From Escherichia coli (GTDB taxonomy: Bacteria; Pseudomonadota; Gammaproteobacteria; Enterobacterales; Enterobacteriaceae), in the NCBI RefSeq assembly GCF_044647545.1, contig NZ_CP172818.1: 64,000 nt of DNA; one strand, given 5' to 3'. Positions 48,357 to 60,151 of the stretch are shown here, one piece after another (within the stretch, counting starts at the first letter, position 1; every line of letters begins with the position of its first letter). The notes below the pieces were generated by a model that made no database searches, was not told where the DNA came from, and saw nothing but the letters and a program-made list of their open reading frames with translations. The translations under genes were made by a program, and so were the position numbers.

Positions 48357-49246
48357 TATTCCACCCCCGCAATAATTGCACGACGGACACCGTCGCCAAG
48401 GAGGTTAACCAACAGCACGCTAATCATAATTGCCGCACCTGGCAGCATGACAGTCCACGGGGCGACATAAATCAGTTCCAGCGCATCACCGAGCATCGCT
48501 CCCCATTCAGGCGAGGGGAGTTGTGCGCCGAGATCGAGAAAGCCCAGCGCGGCGATATCGAGAATTGCCATCGACAGTGCGCGGGTGATCTCGGTGACCA
48601 GCCCGGCGGTGATGTTTGGCATCACAGCAAACCAGAGAATATTCAGCGTTGATGCGCCATCCAGACGGGCGGCGATAACGTACTCTTTTTCCAGTTCGTC
48701 ATGCACCATGCTGTAAATCGAACGTACCATACGCGGCAGCAGCGCCAGCCAGACGGCAAACATGGCGTGAGACAAACTCGGTCCGGCAAACGCTACAACG
48801 ATAATTGCCAGCAGTAGGGAAGGGATCGCCAGTAAGGTATCCAGAATATGGTTAAGCACCGCTGAGCGGAGGCCGTGGGTCGCCCCGGCGAAGGTGCCCA
48901 GAACCAGGCCACAGATCGTCGCGGCAAGCGTCACCACAAATGCGCCACCTACGGTTGGCGCAGCTCCGCTCAGTAAACGGCTTAAAACATCGCGTCCGAG
49001 GTCGTCAGTCCCCAGGAAGAAAGAAACTTCGCCATAGCGCGACCATGACGGCGGCAATAATTGGTAACCGAGAAATTGCTGGTCGATGCCGTAAGGCGCA
49101 AACCAGCCGCCAAAAATACACAGTACAGCCAGCCCCGCGCAGCCGTACAGGCCGACCATCGCAGAGGCGTCACTATAAAATTTGCGCCAGGCGGTACGCA
49201 GCGTGCCCGGCGGGCGCTTTTCGCTGTATACGCTATCGTAAGGCAT
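48356..49246 (-). CDS. sapC: Peptide ABC transporter permease SapC
   Basis: 296-aa polytopic permease (OppC/DppC family). Confidence 0.95.
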
Positions 49247-50198
49247 ACCATTCCTTATGTTTCAGAGGGTTAGCCATGGCACCCAAAATATCAGAAATCA
49301 CGTTAACAATAATGACCAATGAGCCACACACCATCACTCCGGCGGAAATGGCTGCGTAATCCTGCTGGCGGATGGCGTTAATTAACCAGCGCCCTAAACC
49401 CGGCCAGCTAAAAACCATTTCGGTGATCATCGCCAGCGTCAGCATGGTAGAAAACTGTAAGCCCAGGCGAGGAATAACCGGAGGTAACGCGTTATGCAGA
49501 ACGTGGCGACGCAAAATAGTAAAGCGCGACAAACCGCGGGTCGCCGCTGCTTTAACATAGTTCTGGTCATACACTTCGATAGTGCTGATACGCATTAGTC
49601 GGATCACTTCAGTTGTTGGCGCAACCGACAGGGTGATCACGGGTAATATCATATGGCGGATTGCGCTCATGACCATTTCATCCCGCCACGGTGAGTCCGA
49701 AAGCCAGGCATCAATCAACGCAAAACCGGTAATCGGTTTCACTTCGTAGAGCAAATCGAAACGCCCAGAAACGGGCAACCAACCTAGCGTGAGTGAACAA
49801 AACAGCGTCAACAGAAGCGCCAGCCAGAACACCGGGATTGAAAAGCCCAGTAAGGCGATGGCGTTGATCAAGTTATCCTGCCACTTATGGCGCGTAATCC
49901 CGGCAATCATCCCCACGGGGATGCCAACAATCAGCGCAAAACCGAAGGCGAGGATGCACAGTTCCATCGTCGCCGGGAAGACCTCTTTTAACTGTTCGGC
50001 AATCGGTTGGCCGTTAATGCTGGAAACACCAAAATCCCAGTGGATCAGGCCATTAAACCAGAACACCCAGGCATTCCACAGTGACGCGCCTTGTAACGGC
50101 GCATGTGGGGTGAAATAGCTCAAGCTGAAGCCAACGAAGGTCAGCAGGAACAAGGTGACAATCAATAACAAAATACGGCGTAAGGTGAAGATAATCAT
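49233..50198 (-). CDS. sapB: Peptide ABC transporter permease SapB
   Basis: 321-aa polytopic permease (OppB/DppB family). Confidence 0.95.
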
Positions 50199-51838
50199 GG
50201 CTTTTTCACCTCATCCTGTTTCTCGCGATACACCCCAGCAAAGGAGGCGTTACCAAACGGGCTAAGTACCAGACCTTTGATATCGTACCGATAGGCCTGC
50301 AAACGCAATGACGACGCCAGCGGCAGAATAGGTAATTCCTGCGCCAGAATACTTTGCGCTTCGTCATAGGCTTCAATACGCGCCGCCAGCTGCTGCGAGG
50401 AGAGCGCCTTACGCAACACGCTGTCGAATTTCGGATCGCACCAGTGGGCGAGGTTGGTCTGTGAATGAATTGCCGCGCAGCTCAGTAACGGACGGAAGAA
50501 ACTGTCCGGGTCGTTACTGTCCGTCGCCCAACCGGATAACGTCAGATCATGGCTCATATCCATCAACCGCGCCTCCTGAAAACGACCTTCTACCGGCACA
50601 ATCACCACTTTTACGCCAACCTGTGCCATATCCGCCTGAATCAGTTCGGCGGTTTTCAGTGGACTGGGGTTCCACGCCTGCGAACGTGTGGGCACCCACA
50701 GTTTCAGCGTTAAGTTTTCCAGCCCCAACGCCTTCAACTGTTCGCGCGATTTTGCCGGATTGTATTCAGTAATTTTAGCCTCGTTGTCATAGGCCCACGA
50801 GGCGCGCGGTAAAATAGAGGCCGCCGTTTCAGCCGTACCATAATAGATGGATTGCATCAGGCGCTGGTTATTAATCGCCAGTGCCAGTGCATGGCGGACC
50901 GCCGGATTATTTAGCGGCGGTTTAGCGGTGTTAAACGCCAGATAGGCGACGTTCATCCCCGGGCGCAGCGTTAAACGCAAGCGCGGGTCGTCACGCAAAA
51001 TGGATAGCTGACTGGCGGCAGGCCAGGCCAGAACGTCGCATTCCCCGGTCAGGAGTTTCGACAGACGTCCGGTACCGCCGGAGCCTAAATCCACCACCAC
51101 CTGCGGCATTAACGGTTTGCCGCGCCAGAAGTCATCATGACGTTGTAGGCGAATAAATTGCCCGGCGCGGTATTCCGACAACTGATACGGTCCAGTGCCG
51201 ACCGGTTGACGGTCGAGTTGCTCCTGGCGATCTTCTTTCTCTAACTTCCCTGCATATTCTGCCGACATGACCGAAGCATAATGGGTCGCGAGGTGCCACA
51301 AAAAAGAAGCATCCGGCTGAGCCAGACGGAACTCAACGGTATGATTATCCAGTTTGCGGACGCTTTTCACGTTATCGGCAAATTGCAGGCTGTCGAAATA
51401 GGGGAAGTTGCTGCCATTAACGTTATGCCACGGGTTGTTGCGGTCAAAAATTCGCTGGAAGGTAAACACCACATCGTCGGCATTCATTTTACGAGTGGGA
51501 GTAAACCAGTCGGTTTTTTGAAACGGAACATCGCGACGCAGGTGGAAGCGATAGGTCGCGCCGTTGTCGAGTACTTCCCAGCTTTCGGCAAGTTCCGGCA
51601 TCAGGCGATAGGTATAGGGATCGACATCCAGCAGTCGATCATAAAACTGGGCGGCAAGGGTATCGACAATTAACCCACTGCTCGCTTTGGATGGGTTAAA
51701 GGTGTTGACTTGCCCGCTGACGCAATAGACAAAACCGCTGTCGCGGATATCAGCATGCGGGGGGGATTCAGGCGCGGCGATTGCCTGACCACTCACAAGT
51801 CCAGCAATCACCAAAAGAGACGATAATACCTGGCGCAT
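50195..51838 (-). CDS. sapA: Periplasmic peptide-binding protein SapA
   Basis: 547-aa ORF with signal peptide, SBP family 5. Confidence 0.95.
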   Translation of the reverse strand: MRQVLSSLLVIAGLVSGQAIAAPESPPHADIRDSGFVYCVSGQVNTFNPSKASSGLIVDTLAAQFYDRLLDVDPYTYRLMPELAESWEVLDNGATYRFHLRRDVPFQKTDWFTPTRKMNADDVVFTFQRIFDRNNPWHNVNGSNFPYFDSLQFADNVKSVRKLDNHTVEFRLAQPDASFLWHLATHYASVMSAEYAGKLEKEDRQEQLDRQPVGTGPYQLSEYRAGQFIRLQRHDDFWRGKPLMPQVVVDLGSGGTGRLSKLLTGECDVLAWPAASQLSILRDDPRLRLTLRPGMNVAYLAFNTAKPPLNNPAVRHALALAINNQRLMQSIYYGTAETAASILPRASWAYDNEAKITEYNPAKSREQLKALGLENLTLKLWVPTRSQAWNPSPLKTAELIQADMAQVGVKVVIVPVEGRFQEARLMDMSHDLTLSGWATDSNDPDSFFRPLLSCAAIHSQTNLAHWCDPKFDSVLRKALSSQQLAARIEAYDEAQSILAQELPILPLASSLRLQAYRYDIKGLVLSPFGNASFAGVYREKQDEVKKP

Positions 51839-52086
51839 AATATTAATGGATTTTATGTAAAGAGGCTATCTTACTAATATTTAATGACATTTGCCATTAC
51901 CGTTTGTGTTCAGGGGTCGTAATGAGGGCCGTGTGGTTGGTCGTTGAACAGGTGGCGTCGCCATCTGTTCAACATTCGTACCCGTGATTTCTCTATAACT
52001 ATAACTCACAGAACAACTTAGCGAGGAGCAGAGCGGTACGATCGTGAGAAACCCATTGAGGCACACTGCAGTGCGTGTCATTGTTA

Positions 52087-52120
52087 GCCGGATGCGGCGT
52101 GAACGCTTTATCCGGACAAC
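52087..52120. repeat. REP (repetitive extragenic palindrome) element
   Basis: gccggatgcggcgtgaacgctttatccggacaac matches the REP consensus GCCGGATGCGGCGTGAACGCCTTATCCGG. Confidence 0.8.
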
Positions 52121-52150
52121 GATACTGACCCATCGTCTGCAATGAAATAA

Positions 52151-52396
52151 TTACTCATTACCCCATTGATTCAAAAACTCTGCGATCTCATCAATGCGTA
52201 CGGGATTAATCCCCGCTTCAGCAGCCATTTCATGTTGGGCTTCTTCACTGATCTCTTCATTGTTCATCAAACGGGTGAGCAGTAACTGGAAGTAGTGGGC
52301 CAGCGGTGTGCGTTCAGCGTCTGCGACAGGCTCTGCGCATTCGGTCGCGTACTCATCGGCAATATCAAAATATTTTAGCGGGATATCGTGGTTCAT
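52151..52396 (-). CDS. ymjA: DUF2543 protein YmjA
   Basis: 81-aa ORF matching YmjA. Confidence 0.85.
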   Translation of the reverse strand: MNHDIPLKYFDIADEYATECAEPVADAERTPLAHYFQLLLTRLMNNEEISEEAQHEMAAEAGINPVRIDEIAEFLNQWGNE

Positions 52397-52529
52397 TATT
52401 TGCCCCTGGGGTTAATGCGCTAAGCATAAGGGCGGATGATAGCACTCGTGATCCGGGTCATACATCTTTTTATAGTTAATGGCGCGGTGCATTACCCTCA
52501 GCCAGGATAATGCGCCGCGCATCCGACTA

Positions 52530-53915
52530 TTACGTTTCGCTCACCGGCGTTCTGTCACCATCATACAACGGCACTTTGCGATAGCGGCGGATCAGATACC
52601 ACAAATATGCGCCGCCTAACGAAGCCCATACCAGACCGAGTGTCAGTGACGTTGACTCGAGGTTAACCCACAGCACACCCACCGTCAGCGCGCCAACCAG
52701 CGGCATCAGCAAATAGTGGAAGTGATCCTTCCAGCTTTTATTCATTCCTTTACGCCGCCAGAAATGATTAAACACCGACAGATTTACGAAGGTAAATGCC
52801 ACCAGAGCACCGAAGTTAATCAATGCTGTGGCGGTAACTAAATCGAAGAACAGCGCCGACAACGCGACAATCCCGACCATAATGACGTTCAGTGCCGGAG
52901 TCCGCCATTTTGGGTGCACATAGCCAAACACGCGCTCCGGAAACACATTGTCACGCCCCATCACATACAGCAGACGCGACACGCTGGCGTGCGACGCCAG
53001 GCCAGACGCTAACGTGTTCACAAACGTGGTACAGAGGAAAATCGACTGGAAGAGCTTGCCGCCGACGTACAGCGCAATCTCAGGTAGTGCGGCGTCCGGG
53101 TCTTTAAAGCGGCTGATATCAGGAAAGAACAGCTGCATAAAGAACGACGCAGCGATAAAGATAACGCCACCGTAGACCGCCGTCAGGAAGATGGCTTTCG
53201 GGATCACGCGTGCGGCGTCCGGCGTCTCTTCCGAAAGCGTGGTCACCGCATCGAAACCGAGGAAGGAAAAACAGACAATCGTCGCCCCGGTAATAATCGG
53301 GATCAGGTGCGCGTTCTCGCTGATAAACGGCTGAAGTGACCAGACGGTGCCAACGCCTTCTCCTTTATGCAGTCCCTGAACCACCAGGAAGATAAACACC
53401 ACCATGATGGAGATTTGCACCAACACAAACAGGGTATTGAAGTTAGCAACCAGGTTGACGCTCTTCAGATTCGCGGCGGTTAAAATGGCGACGAAGGTTA
53501 CCACCCACACCCACGGCGGCACTTCCGGGAAGAGGGCGGAGAGATAGATTTTCGCCAACAAGACGTTGATCATCGGCAAAAAGAGATAATCCAGCAGCGA
53601 TGACCAGCCGACCATAAATCCGACGTGCGGGTTAATCGACTTTTGCGCGTAGGTATAGGCCGAACCGGCTTCCGGAAACTGGCGAACCAGTTTGCCGTAG
53701 CTGATAGCGGTAAACAGCACGCCCGCCAGCGCCAGCAAATAGGACGCCGGAACGTGACCGTCGCTAATGCCGGAGACAATACCAAAAGTATCAAATACGG
53801 TCATCGGCGTGAGATAGGCCAGACCCATCATCACCACCTGCCACAATTTCAGTGATTTTCGCAGACGGGTTTTGCCAGATTGCGCAGCAATAGTCAGTGG
53901 TGAATTAATAGCCAT
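52530..53915 (-). CDS. puuP: Putrescine importer (APC family)
   Basis: Start trimmed to [15 protein letters not shown] (461 aa); 12-TM amino acid/polyamine permease. Confidence 0.93.
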   Translation of the reverse strand: MAINSPLTIAAQSGKTRLRKSLKLWQVVMMGLAYLTPMTVFDTFGIVSGISDGHVPASYLLALAGVLFTAISYGKLVRQFPEAGSAYTYAQKSINPHVGFMVGWSSLLDYLFLPMINVLLAKIYLSALFPEVPPWVWVVTFVAILTAANLKSVNLVANFNTLFVLVQISIMVVFIFLVVQGLHKGEGVGTVWSLQPFISENAHLIPIITGATIVCFSFLGFDAVTTLSEETPDAARVIPKAIFLTAVYGGVIFIAASFFMQLFFPDISRFKDPDAALPEIALYVGGKLFQSIFLCTTFVNTLASGLASHASVSRLLYVMGRDNVFPERVFGYVHPKWRTPALNVIMVGIVALSALFFDLVTATALINFGALVAFTFVNLSVFNHFWRRKGMNKSWKDHFHYLLMPLVGALTVGVLWVNLESTSLTLGLVWASLGGAYLWYLIRRYRKVPLYDGDRTPVSET

Positions 53916-54217
53916 AGTTGCTGCCTCCCCTGCGTAATAAGGTTTGCGGTCGTGTCGACCTGAAATCAAACCTGTTTAGCAAGGGAAGCAAAGGGGGCGG
54001 AGTCCAGTCAGTCGCAGGAGGGGCGCATACGCAGCCTCCCTCGCCATGCGGGGATTTAATCATCGGCATCATCTCATTTCCTCGTCACAGTCTTAATCGT
54101 TAACGGAAGCCCGTTGCCGCCTGCGCTCCATAACGCGACATCCGGGAAATGTCTGGATTACCAGCAAATGTCAGGCCTGGCTCCGCTCAGGCCGATGAAA
54201 CAACCCCGCAAGGGGTA

Positions 54218-55636
54218 TTACGCGTTTTTCAACATCCACTCAATTTCTGTTTCTGTGATGAGGCGCTCAAACTGCAACAGCTCATCATTTTTACAGGCGT
54301 GATAGACATGGCAGAAGCGTTCGCCTAAATAGCGGCGCAGGTGATCATTCTCGATAAACTCACCCAGGGCATCGCTCTGGCGAATCGGGAAGGGTAAGCC
54401 TTCCTGTTCCAGCCCGTTACCTTCGACTTCTTCCTGTAATGGCAGTTCGTTATCAAGGCCATGCAAAATACCGGCAAAAATCGCCGCCATCACCAGATAC
54501 GGGTTGGCATCGGCACCCGCCACGCGATATTCCACGCGGTGATTATGGCGATCGCCGCAGGGAATACGCAGGGCGACGGTGCGGTTGTTATGGCCCCACG
54601 ACGCCTGCGTCGGTACATACATACCTGGCTGGAAGCGGCGATACGAGTTCACGTTTGGTGCCAGCAACGCCATTGATGACGGCATCAGGTCAATCATCCC
54701 GGCAAGCATCTTTTTCAGCAGCGGCGAATCTTCGCCTTCCGCGTCAGAAAGCACGTTCTCGCCACGGTTATTTTGCATACTGATATGGATATGCATCCCG
54801 CTGCCCGCGTGCTCTTCATACGGCTTCGCCATAAAAGTGGCGTGCATCTTATGCTTTTCTGCCATCAGACGCACCAGGCGTTTTAGTGCCAGCGCATCAT
54901 CGCAAGCTTCCAGCACGTTATCGGTATGGTAAAGATTGATTTCAAACTGACCCGGCGAGGCCTCAGCGACCGCGCCATCAGCCGGAATCAGCTGTAACTG
55001 CGCCAGTTCATCAATATCATTGAGCACGTCGGCGAAGTGGTTGAGATTATCAACGGAGTAAACCTGGCTTTGTGTATTGCGGTCATCGGTGCCGGGCGCG
55101 CAGGGCGGTTGCAGATACCCTTCAGCGTCGCGCTGGCGATCCAGTAAATAGAACTCCAGCTCTACCGCTACGACCGGGAACAATCCGCGCTGGCGCAGCT
55201 GCTGCCACAGGCGGTTAAGAACGTTCCGCGGCTCAACGTCAAAGGGAGCGCCATCTTCATCGACCATGGTCAGGAGCATCTGACCGATAAACTCTGGATC
55301 GGCGGCAGAAGGGGTTAAGGAACCGAGAACAGGAACACAGGTACGATCCGGCTCGCCCATTTCCTGACCCAGGCCCGCTTCTTCTACTACGTTGCCCAGA
55401 ATATCCATTGCAAACACCGAGGCCGGGAAATAACACCCTTTCTCGAGCTTCTTCAGGCTTGAAACAGGAATACGTTTTCCACGGAAGCAACCATTCAAAT
55501 CGGTAAGTAAAACATCAACATATTGCGTATTCGGGTAGCGCTCCAGGTAGCGTTTCACTTCCTGCGTAAAGGCGCTACCCCGCCTCTCTTCTGACTGCTG
55601 AACAAAGTTCTCTACTTCAACGATATTGGTTTCCAT
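54218..55636 (-). CDS. puuA: Gamma-glutamylputrescine synthetase (glutamine synthetase family)
   Basis: Start trimmed to METNIVEVENFVQQ (472 aa). Confidence 0.93.
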   Translation of the reverse strand: METNIVEVENFVQQSEERRGSAFTQEVKRYLERYPNTQYVDVLLTDLNGCFRGKRIPVSSLKKLEKGCYFPASVFAMDILGNVVEEAGLGQEMGEPDRTCVPVLGSLTPSAADPEFIGQMLLTMVDEDGAPFDVEPRNVLNRLWQQLRQRGLFPVVAVELEFYLLDRQRDAEGYLQPPCAPGTDDRNTQSQVYSVDNLNHFADVLNDIDELAQLQLIPADGAVAEASPGQFEINLYHTDNVLEACDDALALKRLVRLMAEKHKMHATFMAKPYEEHAGSGMHIHISMQNNRGENVLSDAEGEDSPLLKKMLAGMIDLMPSSMALLAPNVNSYRRFQPGMYVPTQASWGHNNRTVALRIPCGDRHNHRVEYRVAGADANPYLVMAAIFAGILHGLDNELPLQEEVEGNGLEQEGLPFPIRQSDALGEFIENDHLRRYLGERFCHVYHACKNDELLQFERLITETEIEWMLKNA

Positions 55637-55679
55637 GATTCTTCGCCTTTGGTTTGTTTTCCGCTCGTTATCAAAGCGT

Positions 55680-55694
55680 AAAATATAATGACCA
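55680..55694. promoter_or_regulatory. PuuR-box-like operator in the divergent puuA/puuD control region
   Basis: aaaatataatgacca resembles the PuuR recognition motif as I recall it (AAAATATAATGAACA); further AT-rich repeats (aaatgtttg, aaaatattgaacat) lie nearby. Confidence 0.4.
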
Positions 55695-55847
55695 CTATTC
55701 GAATCTGTATGCAAACTAAATGTTTGTCAAATGTTAAATTGAGTTTGCAAAAATGAAAACCCGCTGCTAGATTGAAAAAATATTGAACATAAAGGTCATT
55801 TAAAGCGCAGTAATGGCGATAATTTAGTCCACTTTGTGAGATTGAGC

Positions 55848-56612
55848 ATGGAAAATATAATGAACAATCCGGTTATCGGTGTCGTAATGTGCAGGAACAG
55901 GCTTAAGGGTCATGCGACCCAGACTCTGCAAGAAAAGTACCTGAATGCCATCATCCACGCAGGCGGCTTGCCAATTGCGCTGCCACATGCGCTGGCGGAA
56001 CCGTCATTACTTGAACAACTTTTGCCGAAACTCGATGGTATTTATCTTCCTGGTAGTCCCAGCAATGTGCAGCCGCACCTATATGGTGAAAACGGCGATG
56101 AGCCTGACGCCGATCCCGGGCGTGATCTTCTGAGCATGGCGTTAATTAATGCCGCACTCGAAAGGCGCATCCCCATTTTCGCCATCTGCCGGGGTTTACA
56201 GGAACTGGTGGTGGCAACCGGTGGTTCGTTGCATCGCAAGCTGTGCGAACAGCCTGAATTGCTGGAACATCGGGAAGATCCCGAACTGCCGGTGGAGCAG
56301 CAATATGCGCCGTCGCATGAAGTTCTGGTTGAAGAGGGGGGATTACTGTCTGCGTTGTTACCTGAATGTAGCAACTTTTGGGTAAACTCTCTGCATGGAC
56401 AAGGGGCGAAGGTCGTTAGCCCACGGTTGCGTGTTGAAGCTCGCTCGCCGGATGGCTTAGTTGAGGCGGTTAGCGTCATCAATCATCCTTTTGCGCTGGG
56501 CGTACAGTGGCACCCGGAATGGAACAGTAGCGAGTACGCGCTTTCGCGTATATTGTTCGAGGGCTTTATCACCGCTTGTCAGCACCATATCGCTGAAAAA
56601 AAGCGACTCTGA
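55848..56612 (+). CDS. puuD: Gamma-glutamyl-gamma-aminobutyrate hydrolase
   Basis: Start MENIMNNPVIGVVM (254 aa); class I glutamine amidotransferase-like with catalytic Cys in ICRG. Confidence 0.93.
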   Translation: MENIMNNPVIGVVMCRNRLKGHATQTLQEKYLNAIIHAGGLPIALPHALAEPSLLEQLLPKLDGIYLPGSPSNVQPHLYGENGDEPDADPGRDLLSMALINAALERRIPIFAICRGLQELVVATGGSLHRKLCEQPELLEHREDPELPVEQQYAPSHEVLVEEGGLLSALLPECSNFWVNSLHGQGAKVVSPRLRVEARSPDGLVEAVSVINHPFALGVQWHPEWNSSEYALSRILFEGFITACQHHIAEKKRL

Positions 56613-56638
56613 CCACTACAGTTTAAGGAAATGCAAAT

Positions 56639-57196
56639 ATGAGTGATGAGGGACTGGCGCCAGGAAAACGCTTGTCGGAAATCCGCCAGCAGCAGGGGCT
56701 TTCACAACGTCGTGCCGCCGAACTCTCCGGGCTGACTCACAGTGCTATCAGTACGATAGAACAAGATAAAGTCAGCCCTGCCATCAGTACGCTGCAAAAG
56801 CTGCTGAAGGTGTATGGTCTGTCACTCTCGGAATTCTTTTCCGAGCCGGAAAAACCTGATGAGCCGCAGGTCGTCATTAATCAGGACGACTTAATTGAGA
56901 TGGGCAGTCAGGGTGTGTCAATGAAGCTGGTTCATAACGGTAACCCGAATCGCACGCTGGCGATGATCTTTGAAACTTACCAGCCGGGCACAACCACTGG
57001 GGAAAGAATTAAGCATCAGGGTGAGGAAATAGGCACTGTACTGGAAGGTGAAATTGTTCTGACCATTAATGGTCAGGATTATCATCTCGTCGCGGGGCAA
57101 AGTTATGCCATTAATACCGGCATCCCGCACAGTTTCAGTAATACGTCGGCAGGTATTTGCCGAATTATCAGCGCCCATACGCCCACCACGTTTTAA
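56639..57196 (+). CDS. puuR: HTH-XRE/cupin repressor of the puu divergon
   Basis: 185-aa ORF with N-terminal XRE HTH and C-terminal cupin domain. Confidence 0.93.
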   Translation: MSDEGLAPGKRLSEIRQQQGLSQRRAAELSGLTHSAISTIEQDKVSPAISTLQKLLKVYGLSLSEFFSEPEKPDEPQVVINQDDLIEMGSQGVSMKLVHNGNPNRTLAMIFETYQPGTTTGERIKHQGEEIGTVLEGEIVLTINGQDYHLVAGQSYAINTGIPHSFSNTSAGICRIISAHTPTTF

Positions 57197-57344
57197 TCTT
57201 TTTGTTCTGTAAGCCGGGTAAGCGCAATGCGCCCGGCAATCATAAAGAATGTCGCCAGAAATAAACGGGCATACGGCCCGGGGATCTCTGCGCCCTGACG
57301 TTCACAAACTGCATATATCTGATAGACGTGAAACAGGAGTCATA

Positions 57345-58832
57345 ATGAATTTTTATCATCTGGCTTACTGGCAGGATAAAGCGTTAAGTCTCGCCATTGA
57401 AACCCGCTTATTTATTAACGGTGAATATACTGCTGCGGAGGAAAATGAAACTTTTGAAACCGTTGATCCGGTCACCCAGGCACCGCTGGCGAAAATTGCC
57501 CGCGGCAAGAGCGTCGATATCGACCGTGCGGTGAGCGCAGCACGCGGCGTATTTGAACGCGGCGACTGGTCACTCTCTTCTCCGGCTAAACGTAAAGCGG
57601 TACTGAATAAACTCGCCGATTTAATGGAAGCCAACGCCGAAGAGCTGGCACTGCTGGAAACGCTCGACACCGGCAAACCGATTCGTCACAGCCTGCGTGA
57701 TGATATTCCCGGCGCGGCGCGCGCCATTCGCTGGTACGCCGAAGCGATCGACAAAGTGTATGGCGAAGTGGCGACCACCAGTAGCCATGAGCTGGCGATG
57801 ATCGTGCGTGAACCGGTCGGCGTGATTGCCGCCATCGTGCCGTGGAACTTCCCGCTGCTGCTGACTTGCTGGAAACTCGGCCCGGCGCTGGCGGCGGGAA
57901 ACAGCGTGATTCTAAAACCGTCTGAAAAATCACCGCTCAGTGCGATTCGTCTCGCGGGGCTGGCGAAAGAAGCGGGGCTGCCGGATGGTGTGTTGAACGT
58001 GGTGACGGGTTTTGGTCATGAAGCCGGGCAGGCGCTTTCGCGCCATAACGATATCGATGCCATTGCCTTTACTGGCTCAACCCGCACCGGGAAACAGCTG
58101 CTGAAGGACGCGGGCGACAGCAACATGAAACGCGTCTGGCTGGAGGCGGGCGGCAAAAGCGCCAACATCGTTTTCGCCGACTGCCCGAATTTGCAACAGG
58201 CGGCAAGCGCCACCGCCGCAGGCATTTTCTACAACCAGGGCCAGGTGTGCATCGCCGGAACGCGTTTGTTGCTGGAAGAGAGCATTGCCGATGAATTCTT
58301 AGCCCTGTTAAAACAGCAGGCGCAAAACTGGCAGCCGGGCCATCCACTTGATCCCGCAACCACCATGGGCACCTTAATCGACTGCGCCCACGCCGACTCG
58401 GTCCATAGCTTTATTCGGGAAGGCGAAAGCAAAGGGCAACTGCTGCTGGATGGCCGTAACGCCGAGCTGGCTGCCGCCATCGGCCCGACCATCTTTGTGG
58501 AGGTAGACCCGAATGCGTCCTTAAGCCGCGAAGAGATTTTCGGTCCGGTGCTGGTGGTCACGCGTTTCACATCAGAAGAACAGGCGCTACAGCTTGCCAA
58601 CGACAGCCAGTACGGACTTGGCGCGGCGGTATGGACGCGCGACCTCTCCCGCGCGCACCGCATGAGTCGCCGCCTGAAAGCCGGCTCCGTCTTCGTCAAT
58701 AACTACAACGACGGCGATATGACCGTGCCGTTTGGCGGCTATAAGCAGAGCGGCAACGGGCGCGACAAATCCCTGCATGCCCTTGAAAAATTCACCGAAC
58801 TGAAAACCATCTGGATAAGCCTGGAGGCCTGA
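57345..58832 (+). CDS. puuC: Gamma-glutamyl-gamma-aminobutyraldehyde dehydrogenase
   Basis: Start MNFYHLAYWQDKAL (495 aa); aldehyde dehydrogenase with catalytic Cys in QGQVCIAG. Confidence 0.93.
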   Translation: MNFYHLAYWQDKALSLAIETRLFINGEYTAAEENETFETVDPVTQAPLAKIARGKSVDIDRAVSAARGVFERGDWSLSSPAKRKAVLNKLADLMEANAEELALLETLDTGKPIRHSLRDDIPGAARAIRWYAEAIDKVYGEVATTSSHELAMIVREPVGVIAAIVPWNFPLLLTCWKLGPALAAGNSVILKPSEKSPLSAIRLAGLAKEAGLPDGVLNVVTGFGHEAGQALSRHNDIDAIAFTGSTRTGKQLLKDAGDSNMKRVWLEAGGKSANIVFADCPNLQQAASATAAGIFYNQGQVCIAGTRLLLEESIADEFLALLKQQAQNWQPGHPLDPATTMGTLIDCAHADSVHSFIREGESKGQLLLDGRNAELAAAIGPTIFVEVDPNASLSREEIFGPVLVVTRFTSEEQALQLANDSQYGLGAAVWTRDLSRAHRMSRRLKAGSVFVNNYNDGDMTVPFGGYKQSGNGRDKSLHALEKFTELKTIWISLEA

Positions 58833-58833
58833 A

Positions 58834-60114
58834 ATGACCGAACATACCAGCAGTTACTACGCCGCCAGTGCGAATAAATACGCGCCATTCGACACGCTGA
58901 ATGAGTCGATTTCCTGCGACGTTTGCGTGGTCGGTGGCGGCTATACCGGGCTTTCCTCCGCGCTGCATCTGGCGGAAGCGGGCTTTGATGTAGTGGTTCT
59001 CGAAGCCTCACGCATCGGCTTCGGCGCAAGCGGACGCAATGGCGGGCAGCTTGTGAACTCCTACAGCCGCGACATCGACGTGATCGAAAAAAGCTACGGC
59101 ATGGACACCGCCCGTATGCTCGGCAGCATGATGTTTGAAGGCGGAGAGATCATCCGCGAACGTATCAAACGTTATCAGATTGACTGCGACTACCGCCCCG
59201 GCGGCCTGTTTGTGGCGATGAATGATAAACAGCTCGCCACACTCGAAGAGCAGAAAGAGAACTGGGAACGCTACGGCAATAAACAGCTGGAGCTGCTGGA
59301 TGCCAACGCCATTCGCCGTGAAGTAGCCAGCGATCGCTACACTGGTGCGCTGCTGGATCACAGCGGTGGGCATATTCACCCGCTAAACCTCGCCATTGGT
59401 GAAGCCGATGCCATCCGCCTGAACGGAGGGCGCGTGTATGAGCTTTCCGCCGTGACGCAGATCCAGCACACCACGCCAGCCGTGGTGCGGACTGCCAATG
59501 GTCAGGTGACGGCGAAGTATGTGATTGTCGCCGGGAATGCGTATCTGGGCGATAAAGTAGAGCCGGAACTAGCGAAACGCAGCATGCCGTGCGGCACGCA
59601 GGTGATCACCACTGAACGGCTGTCGGAAGATTTAGCCCGTTCGCTGATTCCGAAAAACTACTGTGTGGAAGACTGTAACTATCTGCTTGATTACTACCGT
59701 CTTACCGCCGATAACCGCCTGCTGTACGGCGGCGGCGTGGTCTACGGCGCGCGCGACCCGGATGACGTTGAGCGCCTTGTGGTGCCGAAACTGCTGAAAA
59801 CCTTCCCGCAGCTGAAGGGCGTGAAAATTGATTACCGCTGGACGGGCAACTTCCTGCTGACCCTGTCACGCATGCCGCAGTTTGGTCGCCTCGATACCAA
59901 CATCTACTACATGCAGGGCTACAGCGGCCACGGCGTCACCTGTACCCATCTTGCCGGGCGTTTGATTGCTGAACTGCTGCGCGGTGACGCCGAACGCTTC
60001 GACGCCTTCGCCAATCTGCCGCATTACCCGTTCCCCGGCGGGCGCACGCTGCGCGTTCCGTTTACCGCGATGGGCGCGGCTTATTACAGCCTGCGCGATC
60101 GTCTGGGCGTTTAA
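58834..60114 (+). CDS. puuB: Gamma-glutamylputrescine oxidoreductase (FAD-dependent)
   Basis: 426-aa ORF with FAD-binding GxGxxG (VVGGGYTG). Confidence 0.93.
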   Translation: MTEHTSSYYAASANKYAPFDTLNESISCDVCVVGGGYTGLSSALHLAEAGFDVVVLEASRIGFGASGRNGGQLVNSYSRDIDVIEKSYGMDTARMLGSMMFEGGEIIRERIKRYQIDCDYRPGGLFVAMNDKQLATLEEQKENWERYGNKQLELLDANAIRREVASDRYTGALLDHSGGHIHPLNLAIGEADAIRLNGGRVYELSAVTQIQHTTPAVVRTANGQVTAKYVIVAGNAYLGDKVEPELAKRSMPCGTQVITTERLSEDLARSLIPKNYCVEDCNYLLDYYRLTADNRLLYGGGVVYGARDPDDVERLVVPKLLKTFPQLKGVKIDYRWTGNFLLTLSRMPQFGRLDTNIYYMQGYSGHGVTCTHLAGRLIAELLRGDAERFDAFANLPHYPFPGGRTLRVPFTAMGAAYYSLRDRLGV

Positions 60115-60151
60115 TTTCCGATTAACAGTGAAGAGTCAAAAGGTGTGAAAC

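Noticed and set aside
52440-52529. Possible second REP element in the ymjA-puuP spacer
   Set aside because: Only a weak partial match (gcgccgcgcatccg) to the REP consensus; too degenerate to call.
57249-57344. N-terminal extensions in the ORF track for puuC, and likewise puuA, puuP, puuD, tonB, topA, pyrF, ribA, yciF, yciI, yciU, yciZ, pspF and yciO
   Set aside because: The ORF track reports the longest Met-to-stop frame; the internal Met/Val that matches the known protein N-terminus, usually with an SD, was used instead.
58229-58699. 156-aa antisense ORF within puuC, with similar long antisense or alternate-frame ORFs inside trpB, trpD, trpE, topA, acnA, rnb, fabI, puuA and pspA
   Set aside because: Each is fully embedded in a well-supported conserved gene; typical open antisense frames of GC-rich coding DNA, with no RBS or conservation argument.
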